NCBI GenBank assembly: GCA_017442875.1
Contig: JAFSPN010000030.1
Span: forward strand, 1-52,049
Reading direction: 5' to 3'
DNA: 52,049 nucleotides
From: Bacilli bacterium
Lineage (GTDB): Bacteria > Bacillota_I > Bacilli_A > RFN20 > CAG-826
The notes under the pieces are model-generated. The model was given only the letters and a program-made list of their open reading frames with translations, did no database searches and had not been told where the DNA came from. The position numbers and the translations under genes are program-made. This document shows positions 38,601 to 47,216 of the stretch, in pieces. Position 1 is the stretch's first letter. The number at the start of each line of letters is the position of its first letter.

Positions 38601-38760
38601 AATAGAACTGACTGACATTTTGAGCGGCGGTTTCGGCATTTTTAGTAGCGCTTATGCCTGAGATAACAGTGCCGACAACCAAAATAACTAAAGTGATGAT
38701 TCCGCCTATCAAAGCCAATAATCTAATTCTTCTATTATTATTGCGTGTTTTCATAACCAT
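35686..38760 (-). CDS. Hybrid sensor histidine kinase (2 TM, Cache-like, HisKA, HATPase, two REC)
   Basis: SHEIRTPMN, NAVKFT, DTGIG, GLGLAI, DWKMP and DVRMP receivers. Confidence 0.93.
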   Translation of the reverse strand: MVMKTRNNNRRIRLLALIGGIITLVILVVGTVISGISATKNAETAAQNVSQFYLTELVSRRGEVVINNLNDRKENLETALSIMSDEDLSSLENFQEYQRRIKTLYTLEKFAFVDEADTIYTSQGQQSNISEYQFDHTLTDVQVSIFNITSSEKKVVIASPTSKMFGSNHLTVCFMEINMDEMLRGVSVTSDNPEKAMTFCNIYTSDGVALTDTVLGGLSSDKNLFDALKTAKYGQGYSYASIYDDFHSGKNGIVSFTFNNIGETLAYSPIEGTNWILTYLIRDERVGNLINSTSTVILINSLIVSIVTTIVLIMMFIFIIRQLNKNAKMRLENETIAVKQNELEQRLSLQEQLLEQDKEKGQQSKLITALSSDYWSVYYIELDKNSGVCYQEHADLDERLKVGEKFDYLKTFNDYANKYVIEKYREEFIKFIQPENIKNGLKNNYVISFRYVVSRHDRETYEMIRFAGVRHPEDRDDHIVHAVGACFSNIDEETRTSIAQKEMLSDALASAEQANKAKTIFLSNMSHEIRTPMNAIIGLNNIALNDASISLKTRDYLTKIGASAEHLLNLINDILDMSRIESGRMVLKNEEFSFSKLLEYINSMFSEQCQINGLEYSCQIEGLIDDFYIGDNMRLRQILINILGNAVKFTNRGGKISFIVSKKAEFEDKAALQFVVKDTGIGMSKEFLPKIFDSFSQENASVANKFGSSGLGLAITKNIVEMMNGTIVVESEKNKGSTFTVVITLKKSDSNQSHDEDVDVNNLSVLIVDDDQVALEHAKLALSEIGVSVELANSGLEAIEKVKLHHARQTPYNLILVDWKMPEMDGVETTKAIRSVIGNESAIIILTAYKWDEVLDDAVKAGVDSFIAKPLFASSVIEEFKNALIRKGIRVSKETTIDLQGKHILVAEDIEINAEIMQTILEDKGIVVDLAENGKIAVEKFINSEEGYYSAILMDVRMPEMDGLEATRIIRKTNRKDAKLPIIALTANAFDEDVQRSLQAGLDAHLTKPIQTKLLFETLKRLIK

Positions 38761-38791
38761 TATTATTTTTATTATAATAATAGAATCATAC

Positions 38792-38837
38792 TTTCACAAT
38801 TGCCCCAGTAAAAATCAATACTAATTTTCACAATTGC
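38792..38837. promoter_or_regulatory. Direct repeat TTTCACAATTGC x2 (34-bp period) in a divergent promoter
   Basis: Exact 12-mers at 38792 and 38826, each preceded by AATCA(A)TAC; TATAAT on minus strand at 38771-38776. Confidence 0.5.
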
Positions 38838-38927
38838 ACCAACAATATTTAAAATAACCATCAATCAATACTTGCCGATGTGGGGGGCTTCTTGCTAAAA
38901 TGCGTTAAAAATAGATGGGGAAAATAC

Positions 38928-39629
38928 ATGGAACAGGAGACTAAAAAGATTAAAAGATTAAAAGTTGGAGATTGGCTTCTAATTACCTTTGTCTTTGGCT
39001 TAATTTTTACTTGTGGACTTATTATCGTTAGTGAAATCACCTGGGATGCGATATGGAATAACGTTGTCAGTCGAGATCAAACCTTAACTAGAGAGATAGT
39101 AGAATCGTTCTTTAGAGCGGCATTATTAGAAGAAACTTTTAAATTCTTAGGTTTCTTTATCGCTTATAAATTAAAAAAGATTAACCATCAAGCCATAGCG
39201 ATGTATGCTTGTGCGGTTATTGGTCTAATGTATGGTATCGTTGAAAACATCTTTAGATTTAATCCAATTTCATTCGTGGTCGCTTTCTCGATACCGATGC
39301 ATGTTTTATGGCAGCTAAATTCAGGCCGCCATTTCCAAGCTTTTATAGAAGCAAAAGAAGAAGGCAATAAAGGAAAAGCATTTAAAGAGTTCTTTTTAGC
39401 CTTACCATTTGTCTTTTTATTCCATGGAATATGGGACGCTGTTTTAAGCGTTGGTATCCATTTCATGGAAGATCCAAACTATGGATATATTTCCCCAATT
39501 TGTTTTATCTTTATTTTCGCCATCGGTATTGCATATGTCATATTCACCATCATAAAAACTATTAAAACAACAAATAAATATAGACGTGATATAAGAGAAG
39601 AGGATTTGGAGAACCATCAAGAAAAGTAG
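38928..39629 (+). CDS. PrsW-family intramembrane metalloprotease
   Basis: LEETFK, G..EN, PMH..W, HGIWD motifs; start MEQET at 38928. Confidence 0.8.
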   Translation: MEQETKKIKRLKVGDWLLITFVFGLIFTCGLIIVSEITWDAIWNNVVSRDQTLTREIVESFFRAALLEETFKFLGFFIAYKLKKINHQAIAMYACAVIGLMYGIVENIFRFNPISFVVAFSIPMHVLWQLNSGRHFQAFIEAKEEGNKGKAFKEFFLALPFVFLFHGIWDAVLSVGIHFMEDPNYGYISPICFIFIFAIGIAYVIFTIIKTIKTTNKYRRDIREEDLENHQEK

Positions 39630-39752
39630 GCGTCAAATTATTTAAAGCTGATAATTTCTTTGATGATGAAGCAATTGCTAACTATTTAACTACCACTAAT
39701 TAAACAAAAACATATTATATTTATTAACATTTGTTTGCGTGCTATGCTCACA

Positions 39753-39784
39753 AAAAAAGATGTCCATAAAAATGGCATCTTTTT
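39753..39784. terminator. Intrinsic terminator
   Basis: AAAAAAGATG(T)CCA...TGGCATCTTTTT hairpin. Confidence 0.6.
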
Positions 39785-39823
39785 ACATTGAAATAAAAGC
39801 AATGTTTGTTAAAATACTCTTGA

Positions 39824-41761
39824 ATGAACCAAACACCATTTAAGCCTTTTTCGGCCACTCTACACTGCAATTATTTCTTAGAAGTCTGTGCCCTCATCTT
39901 CCTGGTCGCTATTACTATCGCCTATTTTACTCGTAAGAAATATCCAGTTGCCACTGCTAGGCTATTTGGTGTTGGATTATTGATATTAATACTCAATGTT
40001 TCTTTAGACATTTTATTTTGTTTTTTATTAGATCGTTCTAACGTCGTTCCTCTTTATTGGATAGAGTTTGTAGCAGAACTATTCTTTAGCACACAATTTG
40101 CTATTTCTTATTCTTTATTTGCCTATGTTTTTTATGCCGTTGGTAAATCGCTTAAATATTCACCAATATATCTACTAACCATAATTCCTAGTGCACTAGG
40201 TGCGGTGTTGTTTTTCACAAACTGTCTCCACCACTGGAACTTTAGTTTTGTTTTTAATAATGAGACGAGTTTATATGACTTTGTTCCTGGTCCGACATTT
40301 ATGTCGCTATATGTTATCAACTGGGGTCTTAATCTTTCGGCAACAGTGGCCTACACAATAGCCTTTAGGAAAAAATTACCAAAAGAAATATTAAAGATTC
40401 TATTTTCCTTTTTGTTTATCGTTGCCATTGCCGCGACCATTCAAACCATTCAGCCTCAATACCTATTATCGGGCACAGCCTTTACTTTATGCGCGATGCT
40501 CGCAGTGGCCACGGTGTGCGATCCTGATATCAAAGTGGACCGCGTCTCCAAAGCTTTTAATGATTATGCTTTTATTGACTATGTCAATACACAAAGATAT
40601 GAAAAGCAAAGAAAACACTATATTATCTTTGATATTGAAAGTTTTGGGATGTTTTCCGAAAAGTTTGGTGTCGCTACCGCAAACGAACTCATTTATAACA
40701 TTAGAAAATTCATTGAAAGCGTTAATAAAAAATCCTATATCTTTAGAGTGCAGCAAGCGCGTTTTATCATCTTGCTCAGAAACAAAGAAGAACAACTGCA
40801 AATGATTGAAGCTATTAACAACCGCTTCAATGAATCCTTTGGCATCAAAGGCAATGTTCTTAACATCACTCTCCATATTCTCTATTTTGTAAATGACAAT
40901 GTCTTCACTAATAGTGACATGTATAACAACTTCATCAACAGAACATTATCTGTGATTAATTTTAAAGAAAGCGGTTGTGTCGAATTAGATCAAGATTTCT
41001 TAAAACAAATTAATCGCGACCGCCGCATTAAGGAAATCTTAGAAGAATGTTTGAAAACCGGTAAAGGCTTATATATGGTCTATCAGCCAATCTATGATTT
41101 AAAGGCCGAAAAATTCAATCATTTCGAATCGTTGATTAGGCTTTCTAATGAAGAATTAGGCCACATCGGACCAGCCGAATTTATTCCAATCGCTGAAATC
41201 TTTGGTTTGGCCAATGATATCGATTTCTTTGTTTTAAATGAAACATGCGCTTTTTTACAAAGAAATCCAGAAATCAATAATTTAGAAATCAATATTTCTT
41301 GTGCGGAGTTTTTTAATAACCCGAGCGAAAGATTTATGAAAATTATTAATAAATACGGTGTTGATCCTTCAAGAATTATTCTAGAAATCACTGAAACAAT
41401 CGCTGTTAAATATCCAAGCAAAACAAAAGACTTTATGGCGGATTTAGGTCAATATGGTGTGAAATTTGCCATGGATGACTTCGGCAGTGGCTATTCTAAT
41501 ATCGCTAGATTTATCACTCTTCCGTTCAGTGTCGCTAAGCTTGATAAATCATTGTTAGAAGAGCAAGAAAATGTCGCCATCTTCTTTGATGCGGCTATTA
41601 ATTTATTTAAGAATTTAAACATCCCAATTGTTGTGGAAGGTGTGGAAGTTGAAAAGCAATTAGAGCTCGCTAAAAAGAAACAGATTGATTATGTGCAAGG
41701 CTACTACTTCTCTGAGCCATTAAGAGAAAAAGATTTGTTAGAATTCCTTGCCAAAAATTAA
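39824..41761 (+). CDS. Membrane-bound (about 7 TM) degenerate-GGDEF / EAL phosphodiesterase
   Basis: Hydrophobic N-terminus; GGDEF replaced by QQARF; ESLIRL, LEITE, DDFGSGYSN, EGVE, QGYYFS. Confidence 0.88.
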   Translation: MNQTPFKPFSATLHCNYFLEVCALIFLVAITIAYFTRKKYPVATARLFGVGLLILILNVSLDILFCFLLDRSNVVPLYWIEFVAELFFSTQFAISYSLFAYVFYAVGKSLKYSPIYLLTIIPSALGAVLFFTNCLHHWNFSFVFNNETSLYDFVPGPTFMSLYVINWGLNLSATVAYTIAFRKKLPKEILKILFSFLFIVAIAATIQTIQPQYLLSGTAFTLCAMLAVATVCDPDIKVDRVSKAFNDYAFIDYVNTQRYEKQRKHYIIFDIESFGMFSEKFGVATANELIYNIRKFIESVNKKSYIFRVQQARFIILLRNKEEQLQMIEAINNRFNESFGIKGNVLNITLHILYFVNDNVFTNSDMYNNFINRTLSVINFKESGCVELDQDFLKQINRDRRIKEILEECLKTGKGLYMVYQPIYDLKAEKFNHFESLIRLSNEELGHIGPAEFIPIAEIFGLANDIDFFVLNETCAFLQRNPEINNLEINISCAEFFNNPSERFMKIINKYGVDPSRIILEITETIAVKYPSKTKDFMADLGQYGVKFAMDDFGSGYSNIARFITLPFSVAKLDKSLLEEQENVAIFFDAAINLFKNLNIPIVVEGVEVEKQLELAKKKQIDYVQGYYFSEPLREKDLLEFLAKN

Positions 41762-41781
41762 AAATGTTGTATTTAGTTTTT

Positions 41782-42822
41782 TTATTTGCGGTAATACATC
41801 GCGTCTTTATATGAACCTATTTTAATAATGATATCGGCTTTTAAAAGTTTAGATAACTCCATTTCAATCAAACGTTCGCTGACATCCGGTAGTTGATCTT
41901 GAATAGTTTTCTTAGAAACTGGGACAAAAGCGTTAAGCAAAAGGTTTTTGATTCTTTCTGATTTCGACATTTTTTTATCAATCTGTGAAAACACGTTTTC
42001 ATCTAATTTGGTATAGCATTCATACAAGATTTGAATCATATAGATGATAAATGGCTCATAATCGTTTTTGTTTTCATGCCACCTATAAGAAGAGGCCTGA
42101 AGCGTTCTATAATATTCGCCTTTGTTTTCGTTAATCATATTTTCAATTGATATAAATCTTCCGATATCAAAACCAGATTTATAAAGAAGTAACAAAGTCA
42201 ATAATCTAGACATTCTTCCATTGCCATCATCGAAAGGGTGAATACAAAGAAAATCTAAAATAAAACATGGTATTAATAGCAAAGGGTTAATGTTTTGATT
42301 GTTTAAAGCGGAGGAAAACGCCAAAAGAGCTTGGTCTAGCGATTCTTCAACTTCTTTAGGAGGAGTAGGAACAAAAACAACAGATTGCTTACCATTCTTT
42401 CTTTCGCTAATAACATTAGGTTCTGTTTTAAATTTACCTCTACTATCTTCTTTTGCTATATCTAGTAGTTGTCTATGTAATGACAAAATAGACGTCTTAT
42501 CAAAAATAATTGTATCGTGATAGGTGTGTATATCATTTAAGACATTTCTGTAGCCGATAATCTCTTCTTCGGAATGGGTAATGGCGTTATTATCGCCAGA
42601 AGCGATTTCATCAATACGTTTTTCTGTAGTATGGATGTTTTCAATGGCGTTACTACCTCTGATTGAATCGCGAATAGCCCTGTTTTTTAGCTTGTTGAAA
42701 AGATTGGGGTTATTCGCTAACCTAACACTTTCTTTGCCTTTAATATCATAAATACTCGAGACGAAGTTTAAGATTTTAGATGACACTTTATCTTCTAAAA
42801 ACGAATAATCAAATTTTCTCAT
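41782..42822 (-). CDS. Fic family protein with canonical motif and C-terminal wHTH
   Basis: SNAIEN, HPFDDGNGRMSR; start MRKFDY at 42822. Confidence 0.9.
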   Translation of the reverse strand: MRKFDYSFLEDKVSSKILNFVSSIYDIKGKESVRLANNPNLFNKLKNRAIRDSIRGSNAIENIHTTEKRIDEIASGDNNAITHSEEEIIGYRNVLNDIHTYHDTIIFDKTSILSLHRQLLDIAKEDSRGKFKTEPNVISERKNGKQSVVFVPTPPKEVEESLDQALLAFSSALNNQNINPLLLIPCFILDFLCIHPFDDGNGRMSRLLTLLLLYKSGFDIGRFISIENMINENKGEYYRTLQASSYRWHENKNDYEPFIIYMIQILYECYTKLDENVFSQIDKKMSKSERIKNLLLNAFVPVSKKTIQDQLPDVSERLIEMELSKLLKADIIIKIGSYKDAMYYRK

Positions 42823-42900
42823 CAAACATTTTCCTTTACTACACAAATTATACTATGTTTTGTGCAGTATTTGAAGAAGATTGTGCAGTAAAATGTTATT

Positions 42901-44136
42901 TTATTCTTTGTCAGGATTATATAGTTTGAATAGTTCCTCGCACGCTAAAGACATCTTAGTAACGGAGAACTTTTCACACTTAGGATAAACATAGAATGTA
43001 TCGTTTAAAGTATTTAAATCTACACAGTCACCAAATTTATGGAGGTATTCATATTCAATATGAACACTATAATGGTCTTTGGCTAATAGCACTACTTCAT
43101 AATCTTCATCTTTATATCGACCAGTTAGTTTAAAACCATTCATATCGTGTACTAGTTTGCCCATCCCTAAATCAATATATCCTTTAGCGTTAGGTAAAGC
43201 ATCCACTCTAACTGGACATTCAAAATGGTATTTGCCACTTTCGACTTCTTTTCTGACATTACTTCTTTCCCATTCATACCAATCTGGGATATGTGGGAAT
43301 TCAGTTTCACCTTCTAAAGCATGCAGTTCACAGTGTTCATCCATTTCATATGTCTTACCACAGTGATTGCATTTTAAATAAATACCATTAGAGGACATTT
43401 CATATTCTGTTCCACAGTGTGGGCATTGATATAAGACTTTATGTAATCCTTCTGCACGATATGTTTCTTTAACTAAAATACCTTTTTCTTTAATCCAAGC
43501 ATAGTCATCATATTCTAAAGCTTCTTGAAGTCTCCTGTTTAATTCTTCAACAGGTAACTTCTCCACTTCTTCTTTAGTGGCGATACACTTTAAAGTGGCT
43601 TCTAAGCCTTTAATCTTTTTTCTTCTCGTATTATAAAATGGTTCCACAATGTGATCACCATGTGTAGTTAAAGTTACTAAAGGCACTTTAAACATTTTCG
43701 CTAGAGCAGCATTGCTCTTAGGGATAATCGATTTAGTGCCACATAAGGAATATCTAGCCTCTGGATAGATAACCATGATATCCCCGTTTTTAATCACGGT
43801 TTTAATTTGTCTTAATAAATTAACATCGTTAGTGAATTTTCTTTTGCAGATGCCCCCTATGGAGCGGAGTAACCATTCTCTACCGATAAAGCCATCTATG
43901 GCTACAACATAATTACATCTATTAGGCAAAATCGCTTGTTCAAGCACCATTAAATCGTAATAGGAATTATGATTCCCCATTAAGATGTATGGAGGTTTGA
44001 TACCTTCCATATTTTCTTTATGAATAATCTGCCCTTGCTTGCGCGTTGTTAAAGGGGCAATGATTTTCATCAAGAAACGAAGTTTCTGCCTCGTAGGAGG
44101 CTTTTTCATATCAAAACGCTTAACGTTATCAAGCAT
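42901..44136 (-). CDS. PlsC-like lysophospholipid acyltransferase, paralogue of 27753-29006
   Basis: NHNSYYD, KRKFTND, YPEARYS, LYQCPHCGTE, HIEY motifs shared with the other copy. Confidence 0.82.
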   Translation of the reverse strand: MLDNVKRFDMKKPPTRQKLRFLMKIIAPLTTRKQGQIIHKENMEGIKPPYILMGNHNSYYDLMVLEQAILPNRCNYVVAIDGFIGREWLLRSIGGICKRKFTNDVNLLRQIKTVIKNGDIMVIYPEARYSLCGTKSIIPKSNAALAKMFKVPLVTLTTHGDHIVEPFYNTRRKKIKGLEATLKCIATKEEVEKLPVEELNRRLQEALEYDDYAWIKEKGILVKETYRAEGLHKVLYQCPHCGTEYEMSSNGIYLKCNHCGKTYEMDEHCELHALEGETEFPHIPDWYEWERSNVRKEVESGKYHFECPVRVDALPNAKGYIDLGMGKLVHDMNGFKLTGRYKDEDYEVVLLAKDHYSVHIEYEYLHKFGDCVDLNTLNDTFYVYPKCEKFSVTKMSLACEELFKLYNPDKE

Positions 44137-44144
44137 AGTAAAGG

Positions 44145-44249
44145 TTACGGAACGTCATCATTGATCTCATCAATATCGGTGGACCCAGTAATGATGTCTT
44201 CATTATCCAATATAATAATAATTAATTCAGGTGCTTCGAATTTTTTCAT
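44145..44249 (-). CDS. Unannotated 34-aa acidic micropeptide MKKFEAPELIIIILDNEDIITGSTDIDEINDDVP
   Basis: Fills the gap 18 nt after the nuclease stop; homologous to the 47073-47204 peptide. Confidence 0.8.
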   Translation of the reverse strand: MKKFEAPELIIIILDNEDIITGSTDIDEINDDVP

Positions 44250-44267
44250 ATCTCTAATATTTTCTCA

Positions 44268-46973
44268 CTAGTGAGGCGTAGATAAAAGAGTTAATGCTTT
44301 GTTTGACAAGGTGGAACCACCATTAGTGAGATAATCACTCGCCAAAGAATTAACAGAGAAAACAATGTCATCTAAGAAATAGTATTCATCATCCACGACA
44401 ATGAATGGGGCTGCATGATAAACGACATCATAGTTACTTTCGCTTGTCATGTTCATCTTAACGGTGAACGCATAATTATCTTCATCAATAGAAGCAGGAT
44501 CCCTATATGTATTAACTCTAGAAATCTTTAGTGTCTTATCTGCTCTATAGGCATCTTCGACAGAAGAAACGCCATATGTATTAATTAGTGTATTTTCTTT
44601 AACAATCATCGTTCCGTAATCAGAAATACCGTATTCATCACGAATACCGTTCCAATCAGTCTTAGGAATAGACATACCAAACCTAACAGCGGGACTAATT
44701 ACAGAAGATACTGTTATTGTAATAGCGGTAAATCTAATTTGTGTGTTATCGCTATTGGAATTAGTAAATTTAATTGAATAAGCATTACCTGTCCAAACAC
44801 CATTAGATAATGTACCAGTAGATGCGGTTAATCCACTAGCGTAATTATTGGTATAAGATATCTCAATTCTAGTAATCACTTTTGTGGATGCGATTGTAAG
44901 TGAATTAGCTTTGTATAAACGAGCATTTTTACCATTGTTGTAGTATTTTGGCTGGTTAGATCCCGTCTCTTTGGAGAATGTCAGAGAGCTATATGCCAAA
45001 TCAATTGTCGTTAATTCGGACGCATCTGCTAAACCTGCGTTAGCAAAAACAATTGTGTCCTCATCATCTCTTGTATCAGTGCCTTCCGCTGCCAAAAGTT
45101 CGGTATATGGTAAAGCATTATCGAGACAATCATCAAGATTTGGCCCTGGTACTACTGGTTCTGTAACGGATTTAATAACTGGTGATATGTTATTAGCTTT
45201 AGCTATTTCATATTTAGTGTTGTTATAGTACATGCCATAGCCATAAGCCACTACTTCTTTACCAACCATTGAATTAGCGGTACCGTATGCGTTTTTAATA
45301 TCATTACTCGCGATAATTCTAAATAACTGTAAGGCTTGTGATGTACTTCCATTATTATTTTGTAGCCAAATGTCGTCATAGTTGTTGTATGTTGTGTTAT
45401 AAGCACTATTGCTAGTAACAATGCCTTTGACATACATTTGTTCTGCGGTAGCATTTGAACCAGTAATAGATATCAAATCAATAGCATCATCCACGGTTAA
45501 TGGGTTTTCTAATGTCCCATAATTCAATGGTTCGGTAACAGTAATTAAACAAGTAAGGCTATCACCACCACTTGTCGCTGTAATGGTTGCTGACCCACCC
45601 TTTAAAGCGGTAATAGTTACCACATCGTTATTATCAGTGCTGTTCTTATCTAAACTAGCGACTGTATTATCATCAATAGACCAAGTAATGTTGCTAGTAG
45701 CGTTACTACCATATATTTCCGCTGTATCACCAACCTCAAGTTCAAATGAACTTTGTGAAATAGAAAAAGTATCAGCGGCAAATGTATTAATTGGATCTGT
45801 TGCTGGAGAAGCGCTCTTTGTAGGAGTTGGATTATAGTTACCATTCTCTGATGTTCCCCATATAGCGTCAGCCCAACTCGGGAAATCAATAAATGGATTT
45901 CTATTACCTGTAAAGTTGTTATAGCAAAGATTATTTCTATGAATTTCAAATTGATCTGGTGGATCAAGTCTATTCCATTCAAGTAAGTCTTGGAGAATAC
46001 CTATCTTTCCTGTTTTAGTGGTTGTTGAATCATAACCAGTACCTGTATATGACGATAAGTTGTTGACTAGTTCTAGATTTGGATTGTCTTGATCGATACC
46101 ATCACTATCACTTCCCGAAAGATAGTTATATCTAGCAACCATATAGAAACATGCTCTAGCGATATCGCCTTTATCACAGTCCTGTGGTTCAAATACTTTT
46201 GTAGTTCCCCCTAGTGTTTTAGAAAGACCTAAAAGATTACCAGCGCATTCAACTGTATCAGTTACTTCATCATCATATGATTTGGTTTTATCAACATAAC
46301 CATAATAAAAATCTTTGTGCTTGTTGTTGGTGTGACCATGTGCCGCCCAGAGATGCATAATATCTCCTCTAGCGCCACCACCACCAGGTTCAGTATTAAA
46401 ACCAGAACCCTTAGGCCAAATATGTTCTCTATTTATACCTGTAGGATTATTGATGCTATTACCATGATCACCATATGCTTGAGCAACAGGTTCTCTGTTT
46501 CTATTGTAATAAAGTGCATGTAAATATGGGTTTTCGTATTTAGCTGAATTACCACCCCATTTATAGTTCTCTATCTTATTTGTGGATTGATTATATGTTC
46601 CCGCGGCTGCTGGCAAAGCAGTTACTGGAGACTTAACCCAATCTCTATCGACAATGCAATAGACATCCCAAATGTCTTTTCCATTATTGGAATCGTAAGA
46701 TAAATATTTTTGGCCATTCTTAAGAATAGATTTTAAGTTCTTTAAAAGATTAGTACCTTGTCTTTCAGAAGCATCGTAAGAATTAAGAGAGGAATAATAA
46801 TTCCTAATTTGCTCAGGAGTATTATCATTTAAGTCAATTGTGCTTGGTAAAGCAGTTGTGCTATATGCATTAACTTCACTAGCTCTTTTATTGAGCACAG
46901 TATATAAACTTGCATTCAACGCAAAAACAGATGATAAAGCAACTATTTTGAATAAAACACTCTTCTTGCTCAT
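44268..46973 (-). CDS. Secreted endonuclease I (EndA/Bsn His-Me finger) with Big_2, OB-like, jelly-roll and conserved C-terminal domains
   Basis: Signal peptide; NREHIWP, KGDIARACFYMVARY, WNRLDPP, GNRNPFIDFP. Confidence 0.88.
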   Translation of the reverse strand: MSKKSVLFKIVALSSVFALNASLYTVLNKRASEVNAYSTTALPSTIDLNDNTPEQIRNYYSSLNSYDASERQGTNLLKNLKSILKNGQKYLSYDSNNGKDIWDVYCIVDRDWVKSPVTALPAAAGTYNQSTNKIENYKWGGNSAKYENPYLHALYYNRNREPVAQAYGDHGNSINNPTGINREHIWPKGSGFNTEPGGGGARGDIMHLWAAHGHTNNKHKDFYYGYVDKTKSYDDEVTDTVECAGNLLGLSKTLGGTTKVFEPQDCDKGDIARACFYMVARYNYLSGSDSDGIDQDNPNLELVNNLSSYTGTGYDSTTTKTGKIGILQDLLEWNRLDPPDQFEIHRNNLCYNNFTGNRNPFIDFPSWADAIWGTSENGNYNPTPTKSASPATDPINTFAADTFSISQSSFELEVGDTAEIYGSNATSNITWSIDDNTVASLDKNSTDNNDVVTITALKGGSATITATSGGDSLTCLITVTEPLNYGTLENPLTVDDAIDLISITGSNATAEQMYVKGIVTSNSAYNTTYNNYDDIWLQNNNGSTSQALQLFRIIASNDIKNAYGTANSMVGKEVVAYGYGMYYNNTKYEIAKANNISPVIKSVTEPVVPGPNLDDCLDNALPYTELLAAEGTDTRDDEDTIVFANAGLADASELTTIDLAYSSLTFSKETGSNQPKYYNNGKNARLYKANSLTIASTKVITRIEISYTNNYASGLTASTGTLSNGVWTGNAYSIKFTNSNSDNTQIRFTAITITVSSVISPAVRFGMSIPKTDWNGIRDEYGISDYGTMIVKENTLINTYGVSSVEDAYRADKTLKISRVNTYRDPASIDEDNYAFTVKMNMTSESNYDVVYHAAPFIVVDDEYYFLDDIVFSVNSLASDYLTNGGSTLSNKALTLLSTPH

Positions 46974-46981
46974 GCTAAATA

Positions 46982-47010
46982 ATAATATTAGTTTTATTTA
47001 AATAATTCAA
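46982..47010 (-). promoter_or_regulatory. Sigma-A-like promoter of the nuclease gene (probably leaderless)
   Basis: TTGAAT-17-TATTAT, 8 nt before the ATG, no SD. Confidence 0.5.
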
Positions 47011-47013
47011 TTT

Positions 47014-47040
47014 AAAAAAGGCGGTATGAAAACCGCCTTT
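47014..47040 (-). terminator. Intrinsic terminator after the micropeptide
   Basis: AAAGGCGGT-tttcat-ACCGCCTTTTTT on the minus strand. Confidence 0.85.
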
Positions 47041-47072
47041 GATAATAAAATGGATGCAATTAATGGACGATT

Positions 47073-47204
47073 CTAGAGAATACCGCCTGGATATTCAACA
47101 TCCTCGCCTTCGATATCGCCTTCACCACTTGTGAGGATAATTTCATCATCAAGGAATTCGACGATGATTAATTCTGGTTTTAAAAATTTCTTTTCGTTAC
47201 TCAT
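47073..47204 (-). CDS. Unannotated 43-aa acidic micropeptide MSNEKKFLKPELIIVEFLDDEIILTSGEGDIEGEDVEYPGGIL
   Basis: Perfect SD AAGGAGGT (47211-47218) overlapping the upstream stop; followed by a terminator; paralogue at 44145. Confidence 0.88.
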   Translation of the reverse strand: MSNEKKFLKPELIIVEFLDDEIILTSGEGDIEGEDVEYPGGIL

Positions 47205-47216
47205 ATAGATACCTCC

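Noticed and set aside
39626-39703. Protein-like stretch VGVKLFKADNFFDDEAIANYLTTTN* after prsW
   Set aside because: No start codon or SD and no recognisable family; it could be a gene remnant but cannot be supported from sequence alone.
33978-41761. Active diguanylate cyclases
   Set aside because: The GGDEF signature is replaced by ESNAF and QQARF in the two proteins.
44145-47204. Complete lasso peptide biosynthetic cluster
   Set aside because: No cyclase, leader peptidase, RRE or exporter in the window; only the precursor-like pattern is reported.
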